From: Octopus vulgaris
Lineage: Eukaryota
Assembly: GCA_951406725.2 (NCBI GenBank)
Contig: OX597837.1
Location: forward strand, 38,626,001 to 38,690,000
DNA: 64,000 nucleotides
Reading direction: 5' to 3'
The notes under the pieces were generated by a model. The model saw nothing but the letters and a program-made list of their open reading frames with translations, made no database searches and had not been told where the DNA came from. Position 1 is the first letter of the stretch. Every line of letters starts with the position of its first letter. Both the position numbers and the translations under genes were made by a program. Positions 28,505-43,320 of the stretch are shown here, in pieces.

Positions 28505-28936
28505 GGGACAGGCAGCAATAATTGTTGTTTATTCCTTCTCGAGCCATGCCTGGCTCATAAGGGCCGGTTTCCCGGTTTCTTGGCGTATAGGTTCCCCGCC
28601 TGGACGGGACGCCGGTCCGTCGCAGGTGAGCTGCAAAATGCAGGAGGAAAGAGTGAGAGAAAGTTGTGGCGTAAGAGTCAGCAGAAGTTCGCCATTACCT
28701 TCTGCCGGAGCTGCGTGGAGCTTAGGTGTTTTCGCTCATAAACACACACGTCGACCGGGCTGAGAGAAAGTTTTGGCAAAAGAGTCAGCAGAAGTTCGCC
28801 ATTACCTTCTGCCGGAGCCGTATGGAGCTTAGGTGCTTCGCTCATAAACACACACACATCGCCCGGTCTGAGATTCGAACCCGCAATCCCTCGACCGCGA
28901 GTCCACTGCTCTAATCACTAGGCCATGTGCCTCCAC
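28505..28936 (-). mobile_element. tRNA-derived SINE family C with ~105-bp internal tandem duplication
   Basis: Head TGGAGGCACATGGCCTAGTGATTAGAGC...GGTTCGAATCTC (A and B boxes); 28655-28750 repeated at 28761-28858. Confidence 0.85.
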
Positions 28937-29225
28937 TCAGGCAGCAATATGTGGACACGCAAGTCCTGATGACTCGTCAAGAGCACACATGGCTATCACA
29001 GGGTTGTACTTCTTTGTAGGTGCAGGGAGGACTGCAATCTGACTGGGAATGCAGGGAAGAAATTTCAACTGTTACATGTATGGGATCAAGTGCCCCACAA
29101 GGGCTATCTGATGAAAGAGGGGAGAGTGCCTTCTTCTCGCAACCACCGCCTTCTCCTTCACATATCAGGATCATCGCCTTCACTACTATGGCCACCGCCA
29201 TCACAATATCACCACAGCTACAATG

Positions 29226-29278
<53 letters not shown>

Positions 29279-29947
29279 CACTACTACTACAACCACCACG
29301 GTCTCTACTAAAACTACCACCCCTCCCCTCCTTATTCAGCTACAACAAAGGAGGAGGAAGAGGAGGGGTGGAGGACGATGACCATGAAGACGACGAAGGC
29401 GATAATGTGTAGGAAGGTGATGACCAACAGAAAATGGAAGATGACCTCAATGAGAGTGACAACGATGACGATGATGATGGTTAGGATGACGATGACGACT
29501 ACGTCATGAGACGACAATGATGATAATGAAAATGATGATGATGACAATGACTATGATGATGATGATGACGAAGATGATGGCAATGATGATGACGATGACG
29601 TCATGACGACGACGATGATGGTGATAACGATAATGATGACGATAAGGTTGATGATGATAATGATGATTATGACAATGATGATGATGACGACGATGTTATG
29701 TAACGCAGTGTGAAGTTTCTTTTAGGTATCGCATCCAACGTAACAAACCTCGCGGGTTTTAGCACGAACTTGCTAGTGAGGGACCTTTACACACACACAC
29801 ACACACACACATACCTACACCCACAAAGCAGAGCCATGTAATCACACCCAGGTACATACAGGCACTCGCATACACACGCACATATTTAGGCACAGCACAC
29901 ATAGCAAGGCAGTTAAATTCACAAGCATAACACTCATAGTGATAATG

Positions 29948-30008
<61 letters not shown>

Positions 30009-30022
30009 TGATGATGATGATG

Positions 30023-30093
<71 letters not shown>

Positions 30094-30500
30094 GTTAATT
30101 AACTACAGCCTAAAGCCTGACTCGAACTCGGCACGGTACGTCGCAGCACCTATGACGTAACTCTAATGCTGTTGGCAAAGAGACCAGTTTTTAATTGCTA
30201 TGGTAACCTCACTGGTATTAACTGCTTTCGCGCCATATCTCAGCTAGAAACAGCGCGCGTCAAATCAGCACTTCTGTAGACAACTTACTAAAAGCCTGAA
30301 GGGGAAAAAAGACCGCTAAATTTCATAACACAGCCGCCATTTTGATTGCCTCTTTAATCTTTGTCTTCATCCTCTGTTTTCTCTACTTTTTTCGTCTTTT
30401 TCTACCTCCTTTTCTTGTTCCCCCTTTTCTTCTTCTCCTCCTTCTTCTTCTTCTTCTTCTTCTTCTTCTTCTTCTTCTTCTTCTTCTTCTTCTTCTTCTT

Positions 30501-30542
<42 letters not shown>

Positions 30543-30989
30543 TTAATACTACTTCTAGTACAACAACTACCACTTCCTCTTTTCTTTTAATACTTCTTCA
30601 TTTACTACTATTACTACTATTACTACTACTGCTGCTGCTGTTGTTACTACTACTACTTTATTTTCTTCATTTTCTTCTTTTCCCACTTTCACTCTTCTTT
30701 TTCTTTTTCTTTTTCTTGTTCTTCTTTTCTTCTGCTACTACTACTACTACTACTACTACGAAGACGACGACGACGACGACGACGACTACCACTTCCTCTC
30801 TTTCTTCCTCTTCTGTTAATTCCACTTCGTTTTCTCTTTCCACCTTTTCTTCTACTTCTTGTGTGTATATGTGTGTGTGTCTGTGTCTGTCTGTCTGTCT
30901 GTGTCTGTCTGTCTGTCTATGTGCCTGTGTGTGTTGTCTATGCGTCTGTGTGTCGTGTGTGTTTTTAAAACTCCGTCGATTCCTCCATT

Positions 30990-31110
30990 GATAATCATTC
31001 ACTTGTTCGATCAACCGAACTACATGCGCGTGTAAGTGGTTGAGTACACCGCGGTCGCGTGTACACTCAACATAATCCACGAGCAGAATCAGCACGTTAT
31101 ACTGCGTAAC
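30990..31110 (-). mobile_element. Degenerate copy of the SINE D 3' module
   Basis: AAGTGGTTGAGTAC...CGTGTACACTCAAC.TA.T.C.CGAG similar to 46770-46830. Confidence 0.5.
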
Positions 31111-31297
31111 AAGATTGGGCTCTGGAATAACCCTTCAATTTTATGCAACGGGCTTCCTCACAGTTTCCGTCGACTCAATTTCCCTCACAAGGTTTAGTTG
31201 GCACGAGAATATGGTAAACGAAAATACCCGACACCAAGATATGAACTTCAACATTTCGAATGAAAGATATATTGCTGAGCAGAAGCAAATGTGTGTC

Positions 31298-31352
<55 letters not shown>

Positions 31353-31472
31353 GTGTAGGTATGTATGCATGTATGCATGTATGTATGTATATATATAATG
31401 ATTCAGAAATGCAAACATACGTGGGCCGTTGACGATTTTTCCTTCTTCTTCTTTGGACTTATCCCTTTCTCC

Positions 31473-31505
31473 TTTCCGACGAAGAGCCATGCTCGAAACG
31501 TTAAA
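31473..31505 (+). ncRNA. Degenerate minimal hammerhead motif in a PLE-like pseudo-LTR
   Basis: TTT-CCGACGA-a-GAGC-cat-GCTC-GAAA-CG-TT-AAA; core has C in place of U4. Confidence 0.5.
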
Positions 31506-31617
31506 AATTCTCTCCTTTCACCGAGTGTCAACCAGATATAATTCTTATGCCCCTCTGCACGTTCGTTTTCTTTCTCTTTTCGTTTTTTTCTTAATTGCTT
31601 GTTCATTGAATTGAGAC

Positions 31618-31648
<31 letters not shown>

Positions 31649-31655
31649 ATAAATA

Positions 31656-31708
<53 letters not shown>

Positions 31709-31716
31709 TCGTGTGT

Positions 31717-31767
<51 letters not shown>

Positions 31768-32159
31768 CATATATGCATATATATTGTTTCGAATTTGTGT
31801 GAATGTGCATAGATTAATATATCAGCTGAATAAATTTAAAACATGGTCTGGTTTTCACGTTTTTTTTTTTATTATGGTGTTTTAATATTAAAAATATATT
31901 TTGTAATGCTCAAAAATTTAAATTAGTGCTTCCATATGTAGTGTACTGACCAAATTTGAAATGTGTTTAACTGACAGTTGAGTTCTTGACAAATTCAGTA
32001 CCTCTTACAACTTTCCAACAAGCTGAATTTTGAGAATACCTTTTTGACCAATCTGCATGCAGCTTAAACATCACAGTTTGCCAGGCGTACCGATATTCTG
32101 TAACTTACTTTTATTTATATGCTAGAGATATTAATGCTATTATTTCCGTTCAGGACATG

Positions 32160-32630
32160 CTTGAACATTTTAATAAACCGTTGTTCTTTTATATTTCTAC
32201 CAACCTCATTTGTATCATGTAGTTTTTGGAAAGAAACAATTAGAAACATTTTCTGACCACATGTCTCTATATGTTCGCTCACTGGAATTTGGCGAACATT
32301 GGTGTTCCAGATTTATTGTCTGTGGACTCGTGAGCGTTCTGATAATACATTCCCTGTCTCACCTATATATAATTCCTGACAATTCTGGTATTTAATGCAG
32401 TAGATCAAATTACCGCTTTTGCAGTTCATATCTGCATTCGCGAAAATCTGTGCGTTTTTTTGTTCTAATGGATCTAACAGTACGAATGTATTGACACGTT
32501 CTACATCTCTTATCATTACACTTGGATACTGTGAGTGTTTCATCCTGTTTGTTCATGTTGAATTTTGCCTTTGTTAATAGTTTCTTTAGATTATGTGGTT
32601 GCTTTTTGCTTAAGATAAGTCTTTGATTAG
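32160..32630 (-). pseudogene. Penelope-like element GIY-YIG endonuclease fragment (frameshifted)
   Basis: KCNDKRCRTCQYI followed by NCKSGNLIYCIKYQNCQELYIGETGNVLSERSRVHR. Confidence 0.85.
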
Positions 32631-32795
32631 TTATATATAAATATATACACACACACATACACACACACTCACTAGTGTGTGTGTATATATATACACACAC
32701 GCAGACACACATATACCATTTATTAAAGCAGAAAAATTATCACAGAATTGTTACTCTGATTTTCATATTCCCGTTCGTCGGGCAGTTGTGAAGAA

Positions 32796-32855
<60 letters not shown>

Positions 32856-33186
32856 GTGCGTGTGTGTGTGCATGTGTGTGTGCATGTATGTAAGTTTATA
32901 TTTATGTATATTTATATATGTATATATATAATGTATATATATATATGTATGTATGTATATATGTATGTATGTATGTATATATATACATACATACATAGGG
33001 GAAAATACAGCGTGTAAATGTCAGGGTATATATGTAGACAATCAATGCGATAAACATAGAGTGTATATGTCAATAAGATATCATGTATGGAGAAAAACAG
33101 GATCCCTCTCTCTCTCTCTCCCTCTCTCTCTATATATATATGTATATATGTAGAAAGAGAGAGAGATGATATATATATTATACACA

Positions 33187-33253
<67 letters not shown>

Positions 33254-33342
33254 AAAACAGAAAATGGAGATAACATCGACGAACAACAGTTGATTTGCAT
33301 CAAATATTATTTATTAATTGTTTACGAAAGGACTGCATCCTA

Positions 33343-33460
33343 TCTAACAGCTGTTTCTGCTGCCAATGTTCTTTGGGATTACCATTATGGTGCTAAGAGA
33401 ATATTTATCCCAGTTGGTAGGTAATAAAACCGATTTCAATCATGGACCTTCATCAGAGTG
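33343..33460 (-). ncRNA. Degenerate hammerhead-like motif with ~92-nt stem II region
   Basis: CTGATGA...GAAA-CAGCTG-TT; stems I and II only weakly paired. Confidence 0.35.
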
Positions 33461-34121
33461 GAAAAATAGATAAATAAATAAAAAGAAGAGACAAGAAAAG
33501 AAAGAAAGACTGAATATTGTGAGAGTCATGTCATGTTACATGTAGAGCCATTGGACGATAAGTAAAGAACCTAAATTTAAAATAAAAGGCGTATTTGGAG
33601 GGTATCCCTATGTACGGAGGGCGCATAGGTTAGAAAAATAATAGCCATTAGCGCAAATGGGATAAGTAAAAGGAGGAGTAAAATACAATACAGTGTTAGT
33701 AATAATAATTATGTTTGTAGTACTAAGTACTAGTATTTATCATGATAAATTGCTTATCGATTTCAGATAATTTTTCACTTACCGCCAGTAGGTATTACAG
33801 TCAATCCACCTATTGTCCAAAGTAGGTAGACCAGGGGTCACCGCCAGATATAATTGGTTAGTTAGTATTTAATCTCTGGGGTAAATAAATGAATGATATA
33901 TGTTATAAGGGACAGGAAACCATTTAAGTCAATATAAAAATAAAAATATTAAAATATAAATAAAATGAAATAAAATATGATTCATAGAATAATAATAAAA
34001 ATCAGAAAATTTTCCAGTTGGAAATTTAGGAATTTTGATGGGATGCTGTTTCATGGGATGCAGTATTTTTGTAAATTATTAATAAGTAATAATAATTTAT
34101 GTAAATTAATTGTTGTTCATC

Positions 34122-34295
34122 AGGCGCAGGAGTGGCTGTGTGGTAAGTAGCTTGCTTACCAACCACATGGCTCTGGGTTCAGTCCCACTGCGTGGCACTT
34201 TGGGCAAGTGTCTTCTACTATAGCCTCGGGCCGGCCAAAGCCTTGTGAGTGGATTTGGTAGACGGAAACTGAAAGAAGCCTGTCGTATATATGTG

Positions 34296-34365
<70 letters not shown>

Positions 34366-34575
34366 TGTGTGTCTGTGTTTGTCCCCCCAACATCGCTTGA
34401 CAACCGATGCTGGTGTGTTTGCGTCCCCGTCACTTAGCGGTTTGGCAAAAGAGACCACTAGAATAAGTAGTAGGTTTACAAAGAATAAGTCCTGGGGTCG
34501 ATTTGCTCGATTAAAGGCGGTGCTCCAGCATGGCCGCTGTCAAATGACTGAAACAAGTTAAAGAGTAAAAGAGTA
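34122..34575 (+). mobile_element. SINE family A, full-length, young
   Basis: Near consensus; flanked by an apparent target-site duplication TAATTGTTGTTCATCA at ~34107 and ~34581. Confidence 0.93.
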
Positions 34576-34744
34576 AATAATAATTGTTGTTCATCAATAT
34601 TTCTCCATTTTCTGTTTTCTTTAAATTTTTATTCCTGATAAACTCATGTTTTCCTTGTCTTTGCCTATAATTTATGAGCCTAATATTTTTGCCCATGTTT
34701 ACATATAGGTAACGTATCGGTAGCGTAATAGATACGTTTATCCC

Positions 34745-34895
34745 TCTTAGAGAGAGAGAAAGAGAGAGAGCTGTATACATACACACACACACACTCACAC
34801 ACACACACACACATGTATAAGAATAAATGTGTGTGTGTATGTATGTGTATGTTTGTATATATGTATATATGTATGTATTATATATATATCGCGAC

Positions 34896-34928
<33 letters not shown>

Positions 34929-35072
34929 CTATACACACACACACACACACACATACATATATATATATAAGAATAAATGTGTGTGTATGTATATGTATAT
35001 ATGTGTATGTTTGTATATATGTATGTATGTATTATATATATATCGCGACAGAAGAGAGAGAGAGAGCTGTAT

Positions 35073-35159
<87 letters not shown>

Positions 35160-35245
35160 AATAAATGTATGTGTGCATGCATGTGTATGTATGTGTATGT
35201 TTGTATATATGTATATAAGTATGTATTATATATACCTCGACAGAA
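34745..35245. repeat. Three ~160-190-bp microsatellite-scaffold tandem units
   Basis: AAGAATAAATGT...ATGTATTATATATA...CGACAGAA anchors occur three times. Confidence 0.8.
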
Positions 35246-36073
35246 TAATTACACAACGATGATGGTAGATTGAACATTAAGAAGCCGCAAAATATTTCTT
35301 ATTTTCTTAGGCCGCCATTTTAATGTTTCCAATCCATCCCTCTTTCTCCCTTCTTCTCCTTGACAATCCACCCCCCTCTCTCTCTCTCTTTCCCTATATC
35401 TATCTCTATTTCTGTCGCTATCCAATTTCTTCCCCCTCTCTCTCTATTTCTCTCACTTTCTCTCTTTCCCAACGTATATTCAACATTTCCCATCAACATT
35501 TTCCCATCTCTCCCTCATTTTCTTCTTCTTCCGGTTCCTCACTTCCTCTTTTCATCTCTCTACTCACCACCCATCCACGCAATTCATTTCTTCTATCACT
35601 TCCTCTTCTTCTTCTCCCTCTCTCACTTTTCCTCTCTCTCTCTCTCTCCCTCCTTTAATCATCCTCTTCCTCTCTCCATCCTCTCCTCTCCATCACCTAC
35701 ATCATCTAATCATTCTTTATATCCTTTTTTCCCTCTTAATGTCTTTCCCGATAACAATTACATTCTCCTTCATTTTATTTCAACTCTAATCATCATTTTC
35801 CTTTCTTACAAATCTTTCCTCATCTATTTTCCATTCTTTTCTTCTTTTTTTTTTTTCATTTTCATTGTCTATTTCTTCATTCCTTCAATAATTCATTCTC
35901 GATTTCGTTCCTCCCCCCATTCACTTTTTCTTTGTCTTTCTTAGAATTATTCTTCCTATTATTATTTCGTTCAATTTTTTTCTTAAATTCCTTTTATTAA
36001 ATTATCTTTCTTTCTCTCTATCTGTCCGTCTGCCTATCCATCTATTTGTCTATATATATCCTATCCATCTATT

Positions 36074-36136
<63 letters not shown>

Positions 36137-36178
36137 TTATATGTGTATTTATACATACATATATATATATATATATTC

Positions 36179-36231
<53 letters not shown>

Positions 36232-36303
36232 TATATATATAGATATATATACATACATATATATATACATATATATATATATACATATATATATACATAT
36301 ACA

Positions 36304-36349
<46 letters not shown>

Positions 36350-36909
36350 CATCAATTATCTCTATTTCTTGCATTCTTTTAGCCTTCCTCTCTTCTGTTG
36401 CTCGCCGACCGACGATCTCCATCACCCTCCACTACTCTCCTCTATTCTTTTCTCCTCTCCTCTCCTTTCCTCTCCTCTGCTCTCCGTCCATCTCCGTCAA
36501 TCTCCGTTACTCTCCGTAATCCATTTTCTTATTTCCTTATCATCTATTCAGTACTTTCACTTTCATTTTTTTCTTATTGCTGTCGTTGTTGTTGTCGTCG
36601 TCGTTGACCAACCAGCACTGACTGCCAGTTACACCGCCATTTTGTTTTGTTTTTTTTTTCCATTCCCTGCACCAACTGCCGCTTTTCTCCAAGATTCCCC
36701 CACATTAAAGCCATTCGTTGTGCCCTACCCCCACCTAATCCCATCCTCTTAGAAACCTCTTCAACCTTCTTATCCCCTTAATGCCCCTTCTTAACTCCCT
36801 GTTTACCATTTTCATTTCCGCTTTCGATCTGCCGTGAAATTTTCCTTTTCTTTCTAATTTTCAATTTTTTCGCTCATTTTTTTCTTCTTTTTCCTCTTCT
36901 TGTTCTTCC

Positions 36910-36978
<69 letters not shown>

Positions 36979-37127
36979 ACTGTCTCTCTCCCTCTCTCCC
37001 CCTCTCCCGCCTCCTCTCTCTCTATGCATATATATGTATATATATATACGTCTTTGTATGTATATATATATATATATATATATATAAATACACACAAACA
37101 GATACATTTATGTATATATGTATATAC

Positions 37128-37173
<46 letters not shown>

Positions 37174-37212
37174 GCGTATATATACACACACACACACATT
37201 TGTGCTTATATA

Positions 37213-37420
37213 CTCTTTTACTCTTTTACTTGTTTCAGTCATTTGACTGCGGCCATGCTGGAGCACCGCCTTTAGTCGAGCAAATCGACCCCAGGACTTA
37301 TTCTTTGTAAGCCTAGTACTTATTCTATCGGTCTCTTTTGCCGAACCGCTACGCTACAGGGGACGCAAACACAGCACCATCGGTTGACAAGCGATGTTGG
37401 CGGGGAAAACACAGACACAC
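37213..37420 (-). mobile_element. SINE family A, 3' half
   Basis: Homology ends at the internal microsatellite. Confidence 0.85.
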
Positions 37421-37438
37421 AAACATACACACACACAG

Positions 37439-37493
<55 letters not shown>

Positions 37494-37919
37494 TACAGAT
37501 ATATATGTTTGTGTGTTCGTGTGTGTGTGTGTCTATATGTATTTCTGTGAGTATATGAGTCTCTGCCAGTTTTACTGGAGTAGTGAGAGATTACACAGTA
37601 AATGTGTTCAGAATGTATTCGTACGAGGCTCATGCTTCACACCACCGCTTCATTAATTTCTCTTATAGCCTGAAAGATCGCACTAAACGAGAAACGTTGC
37701 GTAACGAAAGAGTGAATCGTTTTCTTTACCCAATTTGTTTCTCATATAAAAAAACTGGATTTTGTTTTGTGCATTAAATGCTTATCTAATATATCGGGAT
37801 GTGAATTGATGATTGATTTTCTCTCTTCTGTACATCACTACTTTAGCAATTATTGTAACGTACAATGAGTGTATACAAAGTAGATATATATATATGTATA
37901 TAATGTGGGAGTACATATA

Positions 37920-38039
37920 TGGTTCCGGGTTCAGTCCCACTGCGTGGCTCCTTGAGCTTATTGTTATTTACTATAGATCTGAACTAACCACAGCCTTGAG
38001 AGTGGATTTTGATAGGCGGAAGCTGAAAGAAGCTTGTCG

Positions 38040-38091
<52 letters not shown>

Positions 38092-38360
38092 CGTGCGTGT
38101 GTGTGGAGGGTGTATGTGTGTGTGTGTGGGGGGGTATGTGTGCGTGTGGGGGTGTATGTGTGTGTGTGTTTGTAAATATTTGTGTGTGTGTCTCTGCTTG
38201 TCCCATCACTGCTTGATAACCGGTGCTGGTGCGTTTAGTTCCTCGTAATTTAACGATTCGGCAAAAGAGACCGATAGAATAAGTAGCAGGCTTTTAAAAT
38301 AAGTCGAATTCGTCGACAAAAGCACTTCAAGGCGGTGCTCCAGCATGGCTGCAATCAAAT
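37920..38360 (+). mobile_element. SINE family A, diverged
   Basis: GGTTCCGGGTTCAGTCCCACTGCGTGG...GGCGGTGCTCCAGCATGG. Confidence 0.8.
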
Positions 38361-38499
38361 GGGACAAGGCCCTTGTAGTTCAGGCTTCCGCCGTTAGAAG
38401 CTACTTGATGCAACCCTCAGGCATCAGTCAACCGACCAGCGTGGTCATGTCCAAATCGTAGTACCTTGCAATGCGTCTTTGTTTTGCAGTACTTCTCCC

Positions 38500-39235
38500 C
38501 TGTTCGTCGATTTTTGCGGTGGCTAAAACGAAGGGACAGCGTGCTTCCGTGAAATTCTGTTTTCTGCTGTGGAAAACGGCAGCCGAAACAGTTGTCATGC
38601 TTCAAACAGCTTACAAGGACAATACCGTGAGCAAAACACAAGTTTACGAGTGGTTTTCGCGCTTTAGAAATGATTACTTGTAGGTTGAAGACCAATCTCA
38701 TTCAAGGCGATTGTCGACTTCCAGAACGAATGAAAACATCATGAAAATTCATGAACTGATCTTGGAGGACCGTCGACGAATAATTGACAAGCATGTTGAT
38801 ATGACTGGTGTGTCCTGGAACTCCTGCCAGCGAATTTTGAGCGAGGAATTCCGAACGAAAAATGCTGCAGCAAAATTTGTGCCTCGCTTGCTCACGGAAG
38901 ATCAAATGCAATCACGACTAGATGCGTATCGCGAAATCGGAAGAACATTTGGAAGTTGATCCGGACCCTTTTTTCAAAAGTCATCACTGGTGACGAAAGC
39001 TGGTGCTACGGCTACGACCCAGAAGCGAAGCAGCAATCAAGTCAATGGAAGCATTCACTGCCAACAAGCCCCCCCCCACCTCAAAAGTGCGTCAAGTGAA
39101 GACCAATATCAAGACAATGCTCATTTGCTTCATCGATGCGAAAGGAATTATCCGCATAGAATTTGTTCCTCCTGGTCAAACTGTTAACCAGACATTTTAC
39201 TTGGCATTTGCGAGACGCGTTGAGACGAAAACGCC
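38500..39235 (+). pseudogene. Mariner transposase pseudogene (HTH through first catalytic Asp), 3'-truncated
   Basis: QRASVKFCF...KTQVYEWFSRF; AKFVPRLLT; VITGDESWCYGYDPE; KTMLICF...EFVPPGQTVN; stops and frameshifts. Confidence 0.9.
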
Positions 39236-39239
39236 CCTA

Positions 39240-39382
39240 ACCTGTGGCTATAGTAGAAGACACTTGCCCAAGGCTTTTGTCGGCCCGAGGTAACAGTTGA
39301 TATCACTTGCCCAAGGTGTCGCACAGTGGAACTGAACCCGGAACAATGTGGTTGGCAAGCAAGCTACTTACCACACAGCCAC
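39240..39382 (-). mobile_element. SINE family A 5' part, rearranged
   Basis: GCTATAGTAGAAGACACTTGCCCAAGG partly duplicated. Confidence 0.75.
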
Positions 39383-39599
39383 TACTAATATAGTGTATAT
39401 TAGAGGTTATATCCCTAGCTGTTTCTTCGTGAAGGACATCTGCGTATTTATATTGGTCAAATATATGCATAAAAATGTATTTATTTTGCCTGAGATCTAT
39501 CAAATGGAAAATGGGAAATTTCTGGCGAAATTCTATTTGCAGCGCATAATTACATTTCCAAAACAAATTTTCCAATGTTCTGTTTTGATGTGTGTGTGT

Positions 39600-39668
<69 letters not shown>

Positions 39669-40236
39669 TGTGTGTTTGTAATATGTGGCGGCGATGGTGA
39701 TGGTGAAGATGGCAATGGTAGTGGTCGAAGGTAATGCTGGTGTGTTGGTACTACTGGATCTTGTTGTTGTGGTGCTGGTGGTGGTGGTAGTGGTGGTCGC
39801 GGTGGTCGCGGTGGTCGCGGTGGTCGTGGTTTTAGAGGTGGTAGTCGCGATGGTGGTATTGGTGTTGGTTGTTGCCTCTGTGGTGGTGGTGATGGTGGAG
39901 GTGGTGGTGGTGGTGGTTGTGGTGGTGGTGGTTGTGGTGGTGGTGGTTGTGGTGATGGTGGTGGTGGTGGTGGTGGTGGTGGTGATGGTGGTGGTGGAGG
40001 GGGTGTTACCTTTGCTGCTCATGTTTTTGACATTATTGCTTAATGCCTATATTGTTCCTGTGACTGTTGTTGTTGTCGTTGAGGTTGCTACTGCTGCTGC
40101 TGATGCTGTTCTTGCTGTTGTTGTTGTTGTTGTTGTTGTTGTACTTCAGAGTCACGAAGTCTTTAATGTAAGTTCCACCCTCGTCTATTTCACAGGGAAA
40201 ATCGTGAACACTTGTATGTGGATATATATATATATG

Positions 40237-40346
<110 letters not shown>

Positions 40347-40529
40347 TGTATATATACATATATATATATATACATGTATATATATTTATAATAATGTAGA
40401 TGTGTATATGTGTATATAATGTATATGTGTACGTATATATATGTATGTGCGTGTGCATGTATATATATATATATATAAATATATATATAGACATACATAC
40501 ATACATATATATATATATACATATATATA

Positions 40530-40568
<39 letters not shown>

Positions 40569-40671
40569 TGAAACACACGCTAATGTGTTTATTTCCATTT
40601 ATGAATATATATACATGTATATATACATGTATATCTATATCTATCTATCTATCTATATATCAATCTAGATA

Positions 40672-40751
<80 letters not shown>

Positions 40752-41157
40752 TCTTTATGAATGCGCTTGCATATAATTTCGTGCATGTTGGGCTGGCTGT
40801 GTATATCTATGCGAAAATTGGTGTATATTCGTGTGTATGTCTGTGTATTTGTTTGTATATGCTTGTATGCATGTGAATGTATATGAGTATGGATGGGTGT
40901 ATATGTGTACGTGAGTGCTTGAGAGTATATGTCTGTGTGTCTATTTTTGCATGCTTTTGTGTCTTGTAACGCATAGGTTTGTCGTGTGGTTATATGGGCA
41001 CGTGTATGTGCGTGTGTGTTTCTGTGTGTATGTATGTGTATATATACGTGTGTCTTTGAGCGTATTAATGAATGTCGATGCTACACTTGTACGTATATGT
41101 ATATGTCTTTGTGGGTTTATATGTGTATGTTTGTGAGTGTGTGTGCGTATGTATATG

Positions 41158-41256
<99 letters not shown>

Positions 41257-41501
41257 GTATATATTTATATACGTGTATGCATAATATACGTACGTACGTA
41301 TGTATGTATGTTCGTGCGTATGTATGTATTTATGTATGTATGTATGTATGTATGTATGTATGTATGTATGTATGTGTATGTTGCCATATGTCAGTATGAG
41401 AAAATATCCGCGTATATATATGTGTCTGCATTTGTGTGTCTGTGTGTGTGCGTGTGAATTTCTGTGTGTATGCATCTGCGTTTGTGTTTGGGAAATTAGA
41501 G

Positions 41502-41539
<38 letters not shown>

Positions 41540-42145
41540 AAGAAAGAAAGAAAGAAAGAAGGAAGGAAAGAAAGAAAGAGAGAAAAAGAGAAAGTGATAG
41601 AGAATCTTTAAGAATTATCATTTATTATACGTATAAAATTAGGGATGGTGTAGGCATGCGCATTGAAAAATATGTGTGTATATGTATACATGTGAGGGAA
41701 GTTGTACTACGCCATTTTGAATTCATGATGTTGCTCAATGAATGAAGAATTGCAGTCGTTCTTTAGAACCAGATTGACTATAATCGAGCAGGAAGCTATA
41801 TTCAAAGACATCCAAGGCTGTGGCCATTCCGTTGAGTTGTATATGTAAGGGACTATGTTGCTCTATAAGCTATGGTGCGGATTCGCAGTTTCTAATAGGG
41901 TTAGAAAGGGAGCTGCTGTCATGGCGTACAGAGTGTGTTAAGTGTTTTTAAGACCTGGTGGAGGCCATCGCCTTCCGAGTTTCACTACAGATAATTTGTT
42001 TGAGAGAGAAAGGGAGAGGGGGAAGAGAGAGGGAGAGAAGGGGATGAAGAAAGAAACAAAGAAAAGAAAGAAGGAAGGAATAAAGAAAGAAAATAAAGAC
42101 AGACAGAAAGAAAGCGAAAGAGGGAAAAAATGACAGACATATAGA

Positions 42146-42225
<80 letters not shown>

Positions 42226-42244
42226 TAGCTAGATAGATAGATAT

Positions 42245-42512
42245 GTTTCTTTATTAGCCACACAGGGCTGCACACAGACAGGACAAATTACAAGGTAGAG
42301 CTTTTCTTTTGGGGGTAAAAAAAAGGCGGTTTGGTTTTCGATCAAAAGGGACCGTAAAAGGAAAGAAAGAGGATAAAAAAAGGGGGGGATAAAGTTTTAA
42401 AAAAAGAAAAAAAAAGGGGGGGACTTGATCAATAGGGATCGTTATCACAGAAATGTCAATATGAAGTGTAAAGGGGAGGACAGGTGAGGTTTACCCGCGG
42501 AAAGAAAAGCCT
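42245..42512 (-). mobile_element. L1/Tx1-like LINE copy 4 (3' UTR only)
   Basis: Reverse complement of 15025-15315; 3' end abuts (ATCT)n. Confidence 0.85.
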
Positions 42513-42544
42513 ATGTATGTATGAATGTATGTATGAAAATATGT

Positions 42545-42770
42545 ATGTATGTGTGTGTTTGTATGTGTTTGTGTGTCTGTGTTTGTCGTCCCAACATCGC
42601 TTGATAACCGATGCTGGTGTGTTTACGTCCCCGTTACCTAGTGGTTCAGCAAAAGAGACCGATAGAATAAGTACTAGGCTCACAAAATTAAGTCCCGGGG
42701 TCGATTTCCTCGACTAAAAGCGGTGCTCTAGCATGGCCGCAGTCAAATGACTGAAACAAGTAAAGGAGTG
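42545..42770 (+). mobile_element. SINE family A, 3' half
   Basis: Homology to other copies. Confidence 0.85.
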
Positions 42771-42774
42771 AGGA

Positions 42775-43320
42775 GAACTCGGCGACAGGATGCATTGCCA
42801 TCGTGAAGAATCCAATTCTTGGCGCCCCGCACATCAGATCGCTTTCGCTGAATGTCCGCCCTCAAATGCTGCAAAACATCGCAGCAGAACTCTTGATTGA
42901 CCGTCTGTCCCTCTCGATGCACAATACAACATTTCCGTGGGTGACATACGTAGCAGGCCTTCTAGATTATTCATCGTCTTCCAGGGACGTTCTTCCGCTT
43001 TTAAATCGCCCGTGTCACTCGAAACATTGTGTACGACCCTTTGCCTTGTCTCTGTAAGTTTGCCAAAGCATGCTCAATGTCTCTGTAGCAGATTTCTGAA
43101 GTTTAACGCAAAATTTCACGTTGGCTCTTTGTTCCTGTCCGTGACAAAAATCACAGACTACAGCACACACGTGATCACAAAAACACAAATTTCACGGCAT
43201 TCGAAGTAAACAAAGCAATGACACTCGGCACACTGCCTCATAAAGGTCACCGTTATCTCTTATTGCGCATGCAACCGTATGCTGCCATCTGTTGGTGCGC
43301 TACCGAACTAGTCCTTGGAA
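42775..43320 (-). pseudogene. Internally deleted mariner element
   Basis: Manual translation EQRANVKFCVKLQKSATETLSML...GRTQCFE*HGRFKSGRTSLEDDE; ILHDGNA-like motif near 42800. Confidence 0.8.

Noticed and set aside
28960-29125. Two CTGATGA hammerhead boxes
   Set aside because: No correctly placed GAAA, stem III and cleavage triplet
30289-30295. 7-nt minus-strand micro-exon (TTTTTTCCCCTTCAG|GCTTTTA|GTAAGT)
   Set aside because: Good-looking splice signals but frame-shifting length and no supporting gene context; plausible by chance
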